In this document: piece by piece, positions 13,042 to 23,965 of the stretch
Layout of the letters: each line of letters begins with the position of its first letter
Numbering within the stretch: the first letter of the stretch is position 1
Assembly: GCA_002189035.1 (NCBI GenBank)
Contig: NEEC01000014.1
Coordinates: 2,418,001 to 2,482,000, forward strand
Reading direction: 5' to 3'
Length of the DNA stretch: 64,000 nt
DNA from: Utricularia gibba
Lineage: Eukaryota > Plantae > Magnoliophyta
Notes under the pieces: generated by a model
Databases searched by the model: none
Seen by the model: the letters and a program-made list of their open reading frames with translations, nothing else
What the model was told of the DNA's origin: nothing
Translations under genes and position numbers: made by a program

Positions 13042-15693
13042 TCAGACAAGAGTCTCTGATGTTGGGAAGAGCTTCCCCAGCATGGCGTTAGATAATACTT
13101 CGTTGGGATCAAGCTCCTTTCTTGCTTGGTTATATCGATCCACAGGGAACCTTTTGCTGAGTCTGGACTGCAGGGCTTGAAGCTCATCCTTGTCCTTTGG
13201 GATCTACAAGCAGGAGGTTGTCAAGTGCATGCGGGTCTGTGTCTTGCAGTAAGGAAAGCTGACCACTTTACCTCAATCTTAGCCCAGTGCTCATAAGCTG
13301 AGAATTCATCCCACAGATATGCTTGGGTCAAGCTGCGGTAATGGAAGAATTTTTCTGTAATTTGCTTTCTTTGACGGCTATCCATTGTAGGAAGATACAT
13401 AATTATACCAACCTGTAAAAAAAAGAACCAACACACAAACTCATATCAGAGTAAAGAATTTATGGAGTGCATGAGCACACAGACAACCAGCACAAGACTA
13501 AAGACGGTACCCAAGAGAATATGTCCGTCTCTGATGAGCTATAAGCTGGACTGAAAACGCTTCTGCTACGAGCAGTCCATCTCTGCTCAATGGGTGCCGG
13601 TGCTGGCACATCATTTTTTTTAATGACTTTCAACAGCTTTTCAATGTATTCCAGATCTTTTGTACTCGGGTTTGATAGTGTTCCAGCAGGGAAACATACT
13701 TCTGAGACCCATTGTTGCCCTCCACAGTCAAAACCAAGGATTTCATCACTCCAACCCACCCGATATCCCTCTGATTTCCTCCAAAATTCAGCCTCTGCTT
13801 CATTGACCCTCACAATGTGTTCTTTGTTAAGAGGATCTAGAGCAAGCAGCTTATCTCTCAGTTCAGTGAATGAAAGTTCATTGATATCACTTGCAGTTTC
13901 TTCAGAACTAGAGTTGATGTCTTTCCTGCGAATAATGGAATCACCTCAATAGAGAAAGATCATTGGGATCATTTTTCAAAGTTTTCACAAAATCTTCATC
14001 CATGGACTTTGCGATATTAGCAAAAGCCCAAGGGGTTTCATGTAACAGAGGAAGCGAGAGGCTCACTGGTACTTGGTCAATGATTCCCGATAAAGGTCTC
14101 TCACATGTTGTAGAGCTTCCTCCTCAGTGTACTTGGGTTTATACTTGGGCATGCCTTTCCATTTTGAAAGAGGATTACACGTTACAACAACAACGGCATC
14201 AGTATATGGAATGTACAGTAATTTGATATGCTTGTTTTCAGACAGAAGTCGCCTGCAACAGAGAAAATGATTAAGCTCAGTGTATCAAGATGCTTTTCTT
14301 TTCTCGAAAAGACAAAAAGAGCTGTACAACATTTCCACAAACGTCTCTATGAATAAAGTAGTCAGCATATAGGAGATATAACGGACAAACAGAAATTTTG
14401 AAAAATGAGGCTCCATTCTCAGCAAAATAATAAGTTTTGACGTTTAGACAAAAAAAGGGGGAGATCAGAAAGAGTTTACTTGTGATTCTTCTTTATCTCT
14501 GTCATGGTGGAAACATAAGTATGCTCCACAAGCTCATGCCTGTCAACACACTGCAGAGTTACCTCTGCAACGACACCAAGCCCTCCAAGACCACATCTAG
14601 CTAAGTAAAAGAGATCAGGATCTTTCTCTTCAGAAATCTCGATTGTTCCCTTGGCAGGAGTAACCAACTTCATGCTGATAACCTGCTCATCAATGGGCGG
14701 AAGCTTTGCACCAGTTCCATGAGCCCCAACCTGAACTCTTAGAAAACATACAATTCAGCAACGTGATTCAGAAGCACTCAGCACTGCAAACTTAGGGCCT
14801 TGCAGGTTTTTAAAGATCAGAGCCAAAGACAATCAATTGAAATCTATCGATTCTACTGAATTCGTTGCACGAAAGAAGGAGCAATTTTCCAACTTACAAC
14901 AACATAATGTTGCCAATGAAATCTGAAGCATCAATTTCATACAACGGTAATCAGTATTGCAAATAAATCTAAAAGGGAAAAAGGAACAGATAAGAAAGTC
15001 AATCTGAAACATCAGGCAGAATGAGTTGTCCTATCTCCTTCAGCTAAAGAATTTAACCTGAACAATGCCACCAATTTGCTGTTCCCTAATGGAAGCAAAA
15101 TTCTGCAACGTAAGCCCATATTGTTTGATGGCATCCACAAGCTGCTGCACCCTCATCCCCGCCTGTACTCGAACTCTCTTACTTTTCTCATCGACCTCCA
15201 AAACCCCGTCCATCAACGCCAAATTCACCATCCCGGAACGCGCCAATCCAATCCCATTAGGCGAAAGACCGGACCCAACTGGTCGGATCTTTTGCTTTTT
15301 TTCATTGAAATCTTTAACCACCGTCTCGAGGTCGGAGAGGGTTTCTGGCTGGATGAAATTGGCCGTTTGGACCTCATGTGTACCGCTCCAGTTGGAAACT
15401 GTGTGAAGGTCAGGGGGAAGAGGGACATAGCTGAAAATTTGAGCTTTTTTGTGCTTGGCGTTGAGTGGGAATGGGAATGAGTAATAAGTGGCGGCGCCGC
15501 AACCGACGAGAAGGATTGCGTAACCGATGTACTTGCGGAGCTCAGCTTCGGGATTCGACGTTGGCGGGGGGATGGAACTGTTACTCGACACTGAGCACAT
15601 ACCCTGACCCCGAATCGGTACTGACCGGCGGCCAATCTGCAACACCCGTCTTCGGAGATCGTTCACCGGGCCGCGGAGCATTGCCAATACCAT
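13042..15693 (-). CDS. GLDH: L-galactono-1,4-lactone dehydrogenase, mitochondrial (last step of ascorbate synthesis), intact
   Basis: Presequence followed by the ELRKYIGY and KKAQIF motifs; FAD-binding RPVGSGLSPNG; QNFASIREQQIGGIVQ|VGAHGTG; APIEQRWT; YEHWAKIE; C-terminus ELDPNEVLSNAMLGKLFP. Start ATG is 15693 or 15681. Confidence 0.97.
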
Positions 15694-16130
15694 GTTTCTG
15701 AATCTGCTCAACCAAACAATCAAGTGATAAACAAGAAGCCGGTACTAGCGTCCCTTCGCCTTTGGAAGTTTGGATCTATTTGAACAGAGCATCCTTTCGA
15801 CATTAAAACAGGTTGCTTTTTTAACTGCAGCACGATTACAAATAACAGAAACAATATAGTTCTTAATCATGATCTTCCTTCACTAATAAACCCACTCCAT
15901 TAACTTGAAAGGTACAAAGATCAAGAACACCCCTTTCAGCTCACGCTAACTCTGGGCACCAGGTACCATTCAGTTAAGAGATGACAAACATCGGAAGCGT
16001 TGTGAGTTAAAAGGAAATGAGCACGATCTGCAGCAACTAGTGAGACAATTCAGGAACTGAAATTTTTCCTACTTACAAGTGCCAAAATGGGTTTGTACTC
16101 GCAAGGAGAGTTGAGCACACCAACACCAGT

Positions 16131-17477
16131 TCACCAAACACATCTGTAAGTAACATGGAGCTGGGTGAGTTCACCTCCATAGGTTACCTTCACAACCTGG
16201 CCCTTCTCCAATCCATAGTAACGAGCAATCGCATCCTTCTGGGACATGCGAGGAAGCTATACAAGACTAGTCATTGGTTATTGCTTTCCTTGAACGAAAG
16301 AAAATTAAGGAGGTTCAGTATACTAGCCTGTTTTTCTTCTATGCTGTATTTCTTGAGTAATTTCTCCTTCTCGTCATCACTCAGTATTTGATGCTTTGGT
16401 TTTAATTCATGCTTTGTAACGTTCACCAGCAACTCGGTGATCTGCATGATATGTGATTCTAGTAGGCACCAAGAAGAATTCTAAACACCACATCGTGCAA
16501 ACATTAATATTAGCTGGCCTCTGCAGGGGAAACAGTGGTACAGCTCGAAGACAGAAATAAAGAATGTCCCTCGTCTAGCATTACAGTAAAGTGAATGCAT
16601 GAATAACCTATCAACTGCATGCATCAGTTGCACCATATGGAAAGCACAGGACTGCAGTCATGGAATGCTGAGGATCACGTTGCGGATGTTACAAAATATT
16701 AGGCGATGCAAAACAGCAAACGAAAGACCAGCGTACATTGTAAAACCGATTCTCATAGCAAGGGAGCCCTTGCTCTCCTTCTGCTTACATTTTAGTAGAA
16801 CGACAAAATAAGTCTGATAAATCTCTACTTTACGGAATGCAGACTTCCTTTCAAAAATTGTATATATAACGAAGATCCAAGAAGAGGATTCGAGTTACCA
16901 CAATGCGAGATAGAGGTGGAAACAAAAACTAAGAGTGTAGCGGTGAAATCACCTGGAAAATCTCAACCTTGTAACTGAAACTCTCAACCCGTTTCAAGGC
17001 CTGGCTAGTAATCCTATTCTGTATCACCATTATCAACCTACTTGGGTTCCCTTTATTAGCAATCACAGCTGCCACTGCACCAATGACGCTTAATTTCACT
17101 ACCCCCGGGCCGGAGAAGATGACTAAAACCTAAAATAGCAGTTTCTGAACATATCAATTAAACGGAGAGTGATTCTGGGTTATAGAAATCGCAAAAAGAG
17201 AAGAAATCCACCCTAATCGAGGGATCGTCCTTGTGAAGAGCAGAAATGGTCAATCCCTCAATATCAGGCATCTGGCCATGCTTGACTCGAAACTCCTGAA
17301 GCGAGAAATCAATATCGGCGCGGGAATAACGAATCCACGGTCCTTGAGCATCTCCAGTAGAGTTCTTCGGGCTAGGAAGTACCTATGGCTCTCAATGCTA
17401 CCGTCGTCCAGAAAGCTCGACAAGCAAGCCGGTAAGGTGTGATCGACAACGTCAGTAACTTCTTCCCGCTTCATCAT
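16131..17477 (-). CDS. NRPE5: RNA polymerase V subunit 5 (NRPE5-like, RPB5 family); apparent 1-nt frameshift in exon 1
   Basis: CLSSFLDDGSIESHRYFLARRTLLEMLKDRGF is the NRPE5-type rather than the NRPB5-type N-terminus. KVEIFQ|ITELLVNVTKHELKPKH and LPRMSQKDAIARYYGLEKGQVVKVTYGGELTQLHVTYRCVW* are RPB5 C-terminal motifs. Frame switch at ~17318-17323. Confidence 0.9.
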
Positions 17478-17591
17478 ACCGGCCCGGCCTCCCTTCTCCT
17501 CGGAATTGCGTATGGTGGAATAAACATGCACTCGAGCCGACACCCTCGGGTCTGGTCCGGTCCAATTACGTTTTTGGACACGGGATAGGGC

Positions 17592-17682
17592 TGGGCCCTG
17601 GGGCAAATACGTAAAAAAAGAAGGGAAATAAAAATCCTTGCATTTCTCCAGAATAACCCAGGGATCGGTTTTAGGCGGGAAA
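17592..17682. promoter_or_regulatory. E2F site and site-II element in the ~290-bp NRPE5/BRCA2 divergent promoter
   Basis: GCGGGAAA (reverse complement TTTCCCGC, the canonical E2F consensus) at 17675-17682; TGGGCC at 17592-17597. Confidence 0.6.
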
Positions 17683-17765
17683 ATTGGTTTCAATCGTGCC
17701 GCTTGTAAGTTCATGAAATGTCTTGGTGAAGAGGAGCGAAACCCTGGGAAATTCTTCCGCTGGTC

Positions 17766-20700
17766 ATGTCGTCGAATTGGAAGTTGTTCTCTGACGCGGG
17801 GAACAATTTCAGATGGGAGCCGTCCACTCAACTGCTCCATGGCTGTCCGCTGCTGGAACAGGAAGCGGAGGCTATTCGTCTACCATCAATGACCGATCTA
17901 TTGCTTTTGGGTACTTGCGTCTTTGGTTTTAACTTTAATTATCTACCGCTGATTGAGATTAACGGTCCTTTGTTTTCTTTGATCTTTCCTTAAATATGTG
18001 CGCAGGTCGTTCCCAGCTAGTCGAAAATTGGCGATGCACTTCCAGTGAGCAGCCGATGTTTGTCACCGGATTGGGGAAATCTGTGGTGGTCCAGCAGTCA
18101 TCGGTTGCGAAAGCGCGCTCAATTCTTGGTGATGCAGATGATTCAGGGAATGAGAAAGGTTCGAGTTTTCTCCTACATTTCAGCAATCTAATTTTTAGTA
18201 TTGTATCTCGATGGTTGCCTTTGATTTTCGGTGGTTTTCGCTGTTCTGAATTGTTATTTCTTTTTCTTTCACTCTGTATCTGGAACTTGGGTGAACATTT
18301 GGACCCTATTACGGTAGCTCAAATAATGTATTTAACTTTATCCCATACTTTCTCTAACTGTCCGTTTTACGCAGGTATCACTGATGTGCCTGGGAATGGT
18401 CGTCCATTATCGAAACCAGCTTTTGCAATGGACTTCCGAGAATCAGTTAAAACTCTGACCCCTGAAATTCAGAATGCGCCTGATAGCAATTTTAGGAGAT
18501 CAAATTCAATGTTCCGAACAGTATCAGGGAAAACATTCCACCCAACTCCAACTAGCCTAATTAGAGAGGAAGCAGTGCTGGCTGCAGTGGATGATGTTGA
18601 GGGAGATGGCATACTTAGGTTTGAGGGGAAAGAGAAAGAGCCAGGCTCCGGGAATTTCATTGCCTCAGAAGCTTCAGTTCACCGATCTCTTGGCACTTCA
18701 TGTGTAATATCAGACAGAAAAATGTGTTCAAATGTAATGCCAACACCTACGGAGTCTCTTTCTCTCAAATTTCAAACTGCTGGTGGAAAATCTGTTTCTG
18801 TCTCAACTGATGCATTGCAGCGTGCTAGGAGTTTGCTTGGAGATCTTGATGTTGATTCATTCTTTAATGAAGCCACCACGGTTGATGCACGGTTTCCCAT
18901 TATTGATCATGGATGGTCTACCTGTAGCTCAAATTCCACAGAAAAGAGGAAGATGAATGTCCACAGTTCACATAAAAAATTTACATCTCCACTGAGGTCA
19001 CATCCCCATCAGTCATTTCTTAAGTTTGAAAAAGCCCTACCTGCAAATAACTTGATTCCAAAGTTTGATGCAGTCGCTGGTACAGATCATTCCAGATTTT
19101 TTTGTGCCCCTGATCAAGAAAAGCAGGCTTTAAGTGTTGATTCCTGTGTTAACAAATTTGGTTCTGCAGCTAATGGTGTCCCTTCAAAAACTGATCCCTT
19201 AAAGAGGCTATGCAGTAAAACAGTTGTAGATAGTTCGGATACAAAAAATCTTAGTGCTGATTCAGTAGGAAAAAAACGTCTTCAGGGGACCTCATCTCGT
19301 CCTCCATTCAAAAGACCCAGAAGTGCGTTTGTTTCTACCTTAAATGAAAATGGCTTATCGACTTCTACTGGTGAGTTATCATAATGCAAATTTATTTACC
19401 CCTGAAGCTAACTAAATTCTGACAGTGAACCTGGCGCTCAACAGACTTCTGCAAGCGTACGAGTTGCACTCAGCAACCTTTTCAACATACACGAACTTAC
19501 CTCAAAGAATATTTCCCTCAGCCTCCATTGCATAAGGAAATGGTATGTAGCCTATATGCAAGAACTTATCAATGCTCTTATTCTTTATGTTGATGTTTTT
19601 TCTTGTTTAAATAGTTGGAGAATATTCCAGAAGATGTGAAAAGTATGAACCCTGATACAGCAGAACGTTATGTACTTCGTAGCAGCCTACATTCAGAGGG
19701 TTTTGGTTCAAGGGCCTTTTATCAGATGATGTGTCATGCCGGAGCTTCTATGCAATCATTGACCCAAGAGTAGGACTTCTTCTCGCTTGAAAAATTTTAA
19801 CCGCTGTTCTACTTGTTTTCTTGGCTCCCTTATTTTATCATTTTAAGCATTTTGGCGTGTTTATTTCCATGAAATGATCATTAGTTTTTTTTCTGATATT
19901 TTGTTGACTTGTGCTTCTGCATAGATGGATTTCAAATCACTATAGGTGGATTATCTGGAAACTTGCAAGTTATGAGAGGAGTTACCCATCGAAATTTTTG
20001 GGAAAGCTGATGACTGTTTCCAATGTCCTTGAAGAGTTAAGATACAGGTATACAAGTTTTGTTGTATATTTTTTGTAAAAAAATTGGCGGGAATGTTCAT
20101 GCAAACAATCACCTCACTGCACCCTTTATCCATTCCTCTATTCTTTTCAAACGAAAACACCAAACTGACATTCTCCTCGTGCACTTTTTACCATTAAACC
20201 AGCATTCTGTCATGAATTTATTTCCTCTTTAACTTACTACTTCTTTGAAGTTTAATGACAGTTTCATAATATGCATAGGTATGAGAGAGAGGTGCATGAT
20301 GGTCACAGGTCAGCAATCAAGAAAATCCTAGAAGGAGATGCAGCACCATCTTCAATGATGGTACTATGCATTTCCTCCATCCGCAAAACATGTTCCACGA
20401 CACGCGAAAATCAAAATTCTTCTCTGGAGAACAGCAATGCTAGAGCTCCGACGATAGAATTAACTGATGGGTGGTGAGGACAATTGACATGAATTTGTTT
20501 TTCTTTTTTGAGAAAGATGATTTACTGCTGACTAAATTAGATCTACCAGGTATTCCTTAGGAGCTCAGTTGGATCAACAGCTATATCAAAAACTTGTTTC
20601 AGGGAAATTATTTGTTGGACAAAAGCTACGGGTAGGATTTTACTTAGTGATAATCTTATGTTCTGTAATGGATATTCTGCTGCTCATGGTTTACGTTCGT

Positions 20701-23040
20701 GAAGATATGGGGAGCAAAGCTTTCTGGGTGGCTTGGACCTGTCTCACCTTTGGAGGTGATTGCATAATTAAGTTTCCTTTGTTGCATCAAATAACCTGCT
20801 ATCCAAATTTCTCATGGAAATCATGATTTCATTTTCAGGCATCTGAGTCTACTAGCTTATTGTTGCATATAAATGGCACATACAGATGTCACTGGGCGGA
20901 AAAGCTGGGATTTTGTATGTACTTTCTTAGCTGCATTTTTTCTTAGTTATGAAAAACTAGGATTTTCTGAAGCCTACGTCATGGTCTTCCTGTGAATATA
21001 GGTAAAAGAACATCCATGCCTTTGAATTTCAGATGCATCAAGCCTGCTGGTGGGGCTGTTCCCAACACTTCTGTTGGCATAAAACGGATATATCCAATGC
21101 TTTACCGGGAAAGGTATACAATGAGCGTGTAATCTGGTGATCAGGCGATTGAGGAGGTATGATATAAATCCTTCATTGCAGATTGAGTAATGGGCACTTC
21201 ATTTTGAGGTCAGAGAAAGCAGAATCTAAGGCGCGCCAATTGTATAATAAAAGGTGCATGCTGCCTTAACATTGAATTTTGAATAGAATTTGAGTAATGT
21301 ATTTTATCTTTTGAAAGGATCCTTGTTGTAGTATATGAATTATGTTGCAATATTCTTTTTGATTTCTTTAATTTGGTAGTTCAGACGGGATGCTGTTGCT
21401 GAAGAAATCATTTCAAAATTTGAGAAAGAAGCAGAGTATGATCTAGATGATATTCATTGTGAAGGGGCCAAACTCATGAAGCTACTAGAGACTGCTGCTG
21501 AACCAGAAGTTTTAATGGCAGGGTTGAGCTCGAAACAGCTGATTTCCTTTTCTTCTTACAGGGCTAAGTTGGAGGTATACTGAGAGATATTTGCAAAACT
21601 AGCCCCTTATGCCTTCTAATAGATTTCTCTTGTTGCTTTAGGGAATAAGGCAATCTGAAATGCAGAAATCTATTGAAGGGGCTTTGGAAACTTCCGGACT
21701 TGCTGAACGAGAAGTTACTCCTCTTTTACGGGTTAAGGTTGTTGGCATTTTGAGTAGAACAACCAAGTCAAGGTATCCTATTCAGGAAGGCATGATAACA
21801 ATATGGAATCCTACTGAGAAGCAGGTTTACCATTATGTGGTTTTGATAATGCTTTTATCATTCTCTTTAGAGCTCTACCTTTTGGAAGTCCTTAATTATA
21901 TGTACATTTATTGATTCACAGATATTGGAGCTATCCGAAGGCCAGGCATATTCTGTTTCAGGACTTGTAGCATCCAGTTCGGAGTCCGACTTCCTTCACT
22001 TACAGGCGAAAGGATCAACAAGCAGTTGGCAACCTTTGCCTCTGTCAGTAATGGACAATCTCGAGTTAGTTTCTGCCTATACATACTGTTTGTCTCCTAT
22101 AAATAATTGAAGCACTTACTGAAAAGTTCTTGCAGGCCATTCTTCACCTGCCGTGGGTCTGTAACAATATCTTCTTTGAATGATGTCCTTCTCTCCAGGT
22201 AAGCTACTAGTGATTCCTTGGAGATTTTTTTTTTTATTTAGTAGCAGGATCATGGCCGATCACTTTTTTATTCCTTGCCCCTTTTTCCAGTGAATTTGAC
22301 ATTGCAGCTCTTGTTGTTCATATTACCGAGGTTTACAAATCAGGTTATTATAACAAGCAGTGGGTATTTGTGACTGATGGATCTACATCTGACCTTTCTA
22401 CAAACTGTCCTGAAACTGGATTGTTGGCGATCAACTTCAGCACACATGAAAACGAGTCCTCCACGTCAATAAACTGCAACATCGTGGGATCTGTGGTATG
22501 TTTCTCTGAACTTCCAACCACTAGCTCTCTTCAACATCCACATGTTCCCTGAAATCTATGCGAACAAACCACAGAAAGAAATCCATCTGCTACCGTAACA
22601 TTTCCTAAACTTTTTGTTCCTTTTTTAAAATTGATTTGTTGTTTTTCGTTCCTAATGTCTTGTTCCAGTTAAATGAATCACTGCTTGAAAGAGAATCTTC
22701 TTTTGGGTTGATAGCGCTGATCAATCTCTCCTGCTGAACAGGTGGGTTTTTGTAATCTTGTAAAGAAACCAGCCGATGAAGTGAATGGAATTTGGGTAGC
22801 TGAAGCGACCGAGAATTCTGATTACTTGACAAGTTATCGTGATCCAAAGTGGAACCATTTGAAAACCGCTGCTGCCTCAGTATCAGCTTGGGCAAATAGA
22901 CAAGCCTCTGGCTTGGTAAGCCTCGAACATCATGCTCCTTGTCGACTTGTTCGTGTCTTACTTTAATTCACGTTACTCAACAAGCCAATGGATCGCAGAA
23001 AATCGAGAAACTCAAGGAATACATCCGGTCTATCCTATAA
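17766..23040 (+). CDS. BRCA2: BRCA2 homolog (BRC repeats, helical domain, OB folds/tower)
   Basis: MSSNWKLFSDAGNNFRWE...LPSMTDLLLLG N-terminus; BRC motifs MFVTGLGKSV and KFQTAGGKSV; WISNHYRWIIWKLASYER, RYEREVHDGHRSAIKKILEGDA, ELTDGWYS, HINGTYRCHWAEKLGF, RIYPMLYRER and ITIWNPTEKQ. Exons through OB2 joined in frame by hand. The final exon (KIEKLKEYIRSIL*, TAA 23038-23040) is less certain. Confidence 0.96.
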
Positions 23041-23965
23041 AAAAAGGGCATGACATGGATGGATGATTCATTGAAAGATCCTAGTGCTCAGTTGTACGCC
23101 ATCAGTGCAAGCATGAAATCCCAAGTTTTGGAGCCATCCACGGGGAATCTGATCTTTTCCTTTTTATTTATTTTACCACCTATTTCCATGTGTTCATATC
23201 AAATACGTCGTCTTTGGATGCATCGCAATGGTTTTTTTTTAGCAGTCCTGTGAAATTGCGGCTGCCCCTGCCCATCATAACGGCGGGATAGCGTGATAAC
23301 TGAGAAAGGAAAAAAAGAACTTTTGTATTGAAACATGATCAATCGCCCCTGGTTGTTTTCATTTAACAAACAATAGGATTCACAGTTTTAATAAAAAATG
23401 AATACCGGATTTGAGGTCTCTCACAACAGTCACTTCGGTGATTCTTTAACCCGAGTGTGAGGTGAGTTAAGGATCTCGGGTACGAAATGAATATCATCTT
23501 CAAAACATCAACTTTACACAACCTGTAAACCAACCTCATGCCCAAAAACACTGGAAAGAAAGCACACAAACAACCATAGAATCGAAGGAAGAAGAATACT
23601 AAAGCGGAGTTAATGACTGCACACTGGAACTCATCACATCCCCGAGCTGGAAAAACAAGGGGGAGCTTTTAGAGTAGAGTGACTGGACACAACACCTGCA
23701 GAAAGCATTGAGTCGAGTGTTAGGTTTGCAATCAAGAGGTAAGAAGTCAAATTTGAAGGAGCAAGTTTTAAAAGAATAAGACATAGCAGAGTGTGTTTAA
23801 TCATCTTTTTATGGTAAGAAAAAAAAGGCCTTGGAACAGCTGGGATTTCAGAAGGGTAATAGTATACAGTATATCCCATACCTTGATTTCAGTATAGATA
23901 GAAGCATACTAGATCCGAGAAGTATTCAGGAGTATAAAATATGGAGGTTTAGTGCATGTATATTA

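Noticed and set aside
17250-17840. 196-aa ORF appearing to extend NRPE5 N-terminally across the BRCA2 start
   Set aside because: The extension has no RPB5 similarity and is antisense to BRCA2 exon 1 and the promoter. NRPE5-like sequence starts at MMKREE (17477).
19371-19444. Apparent stop or frameshift after the long BRCA2 exon
   Set aside because: Using the acceptor at 19444 (CAACAG|AC) gives in-frame DFCKRTSC...YLKEYF.
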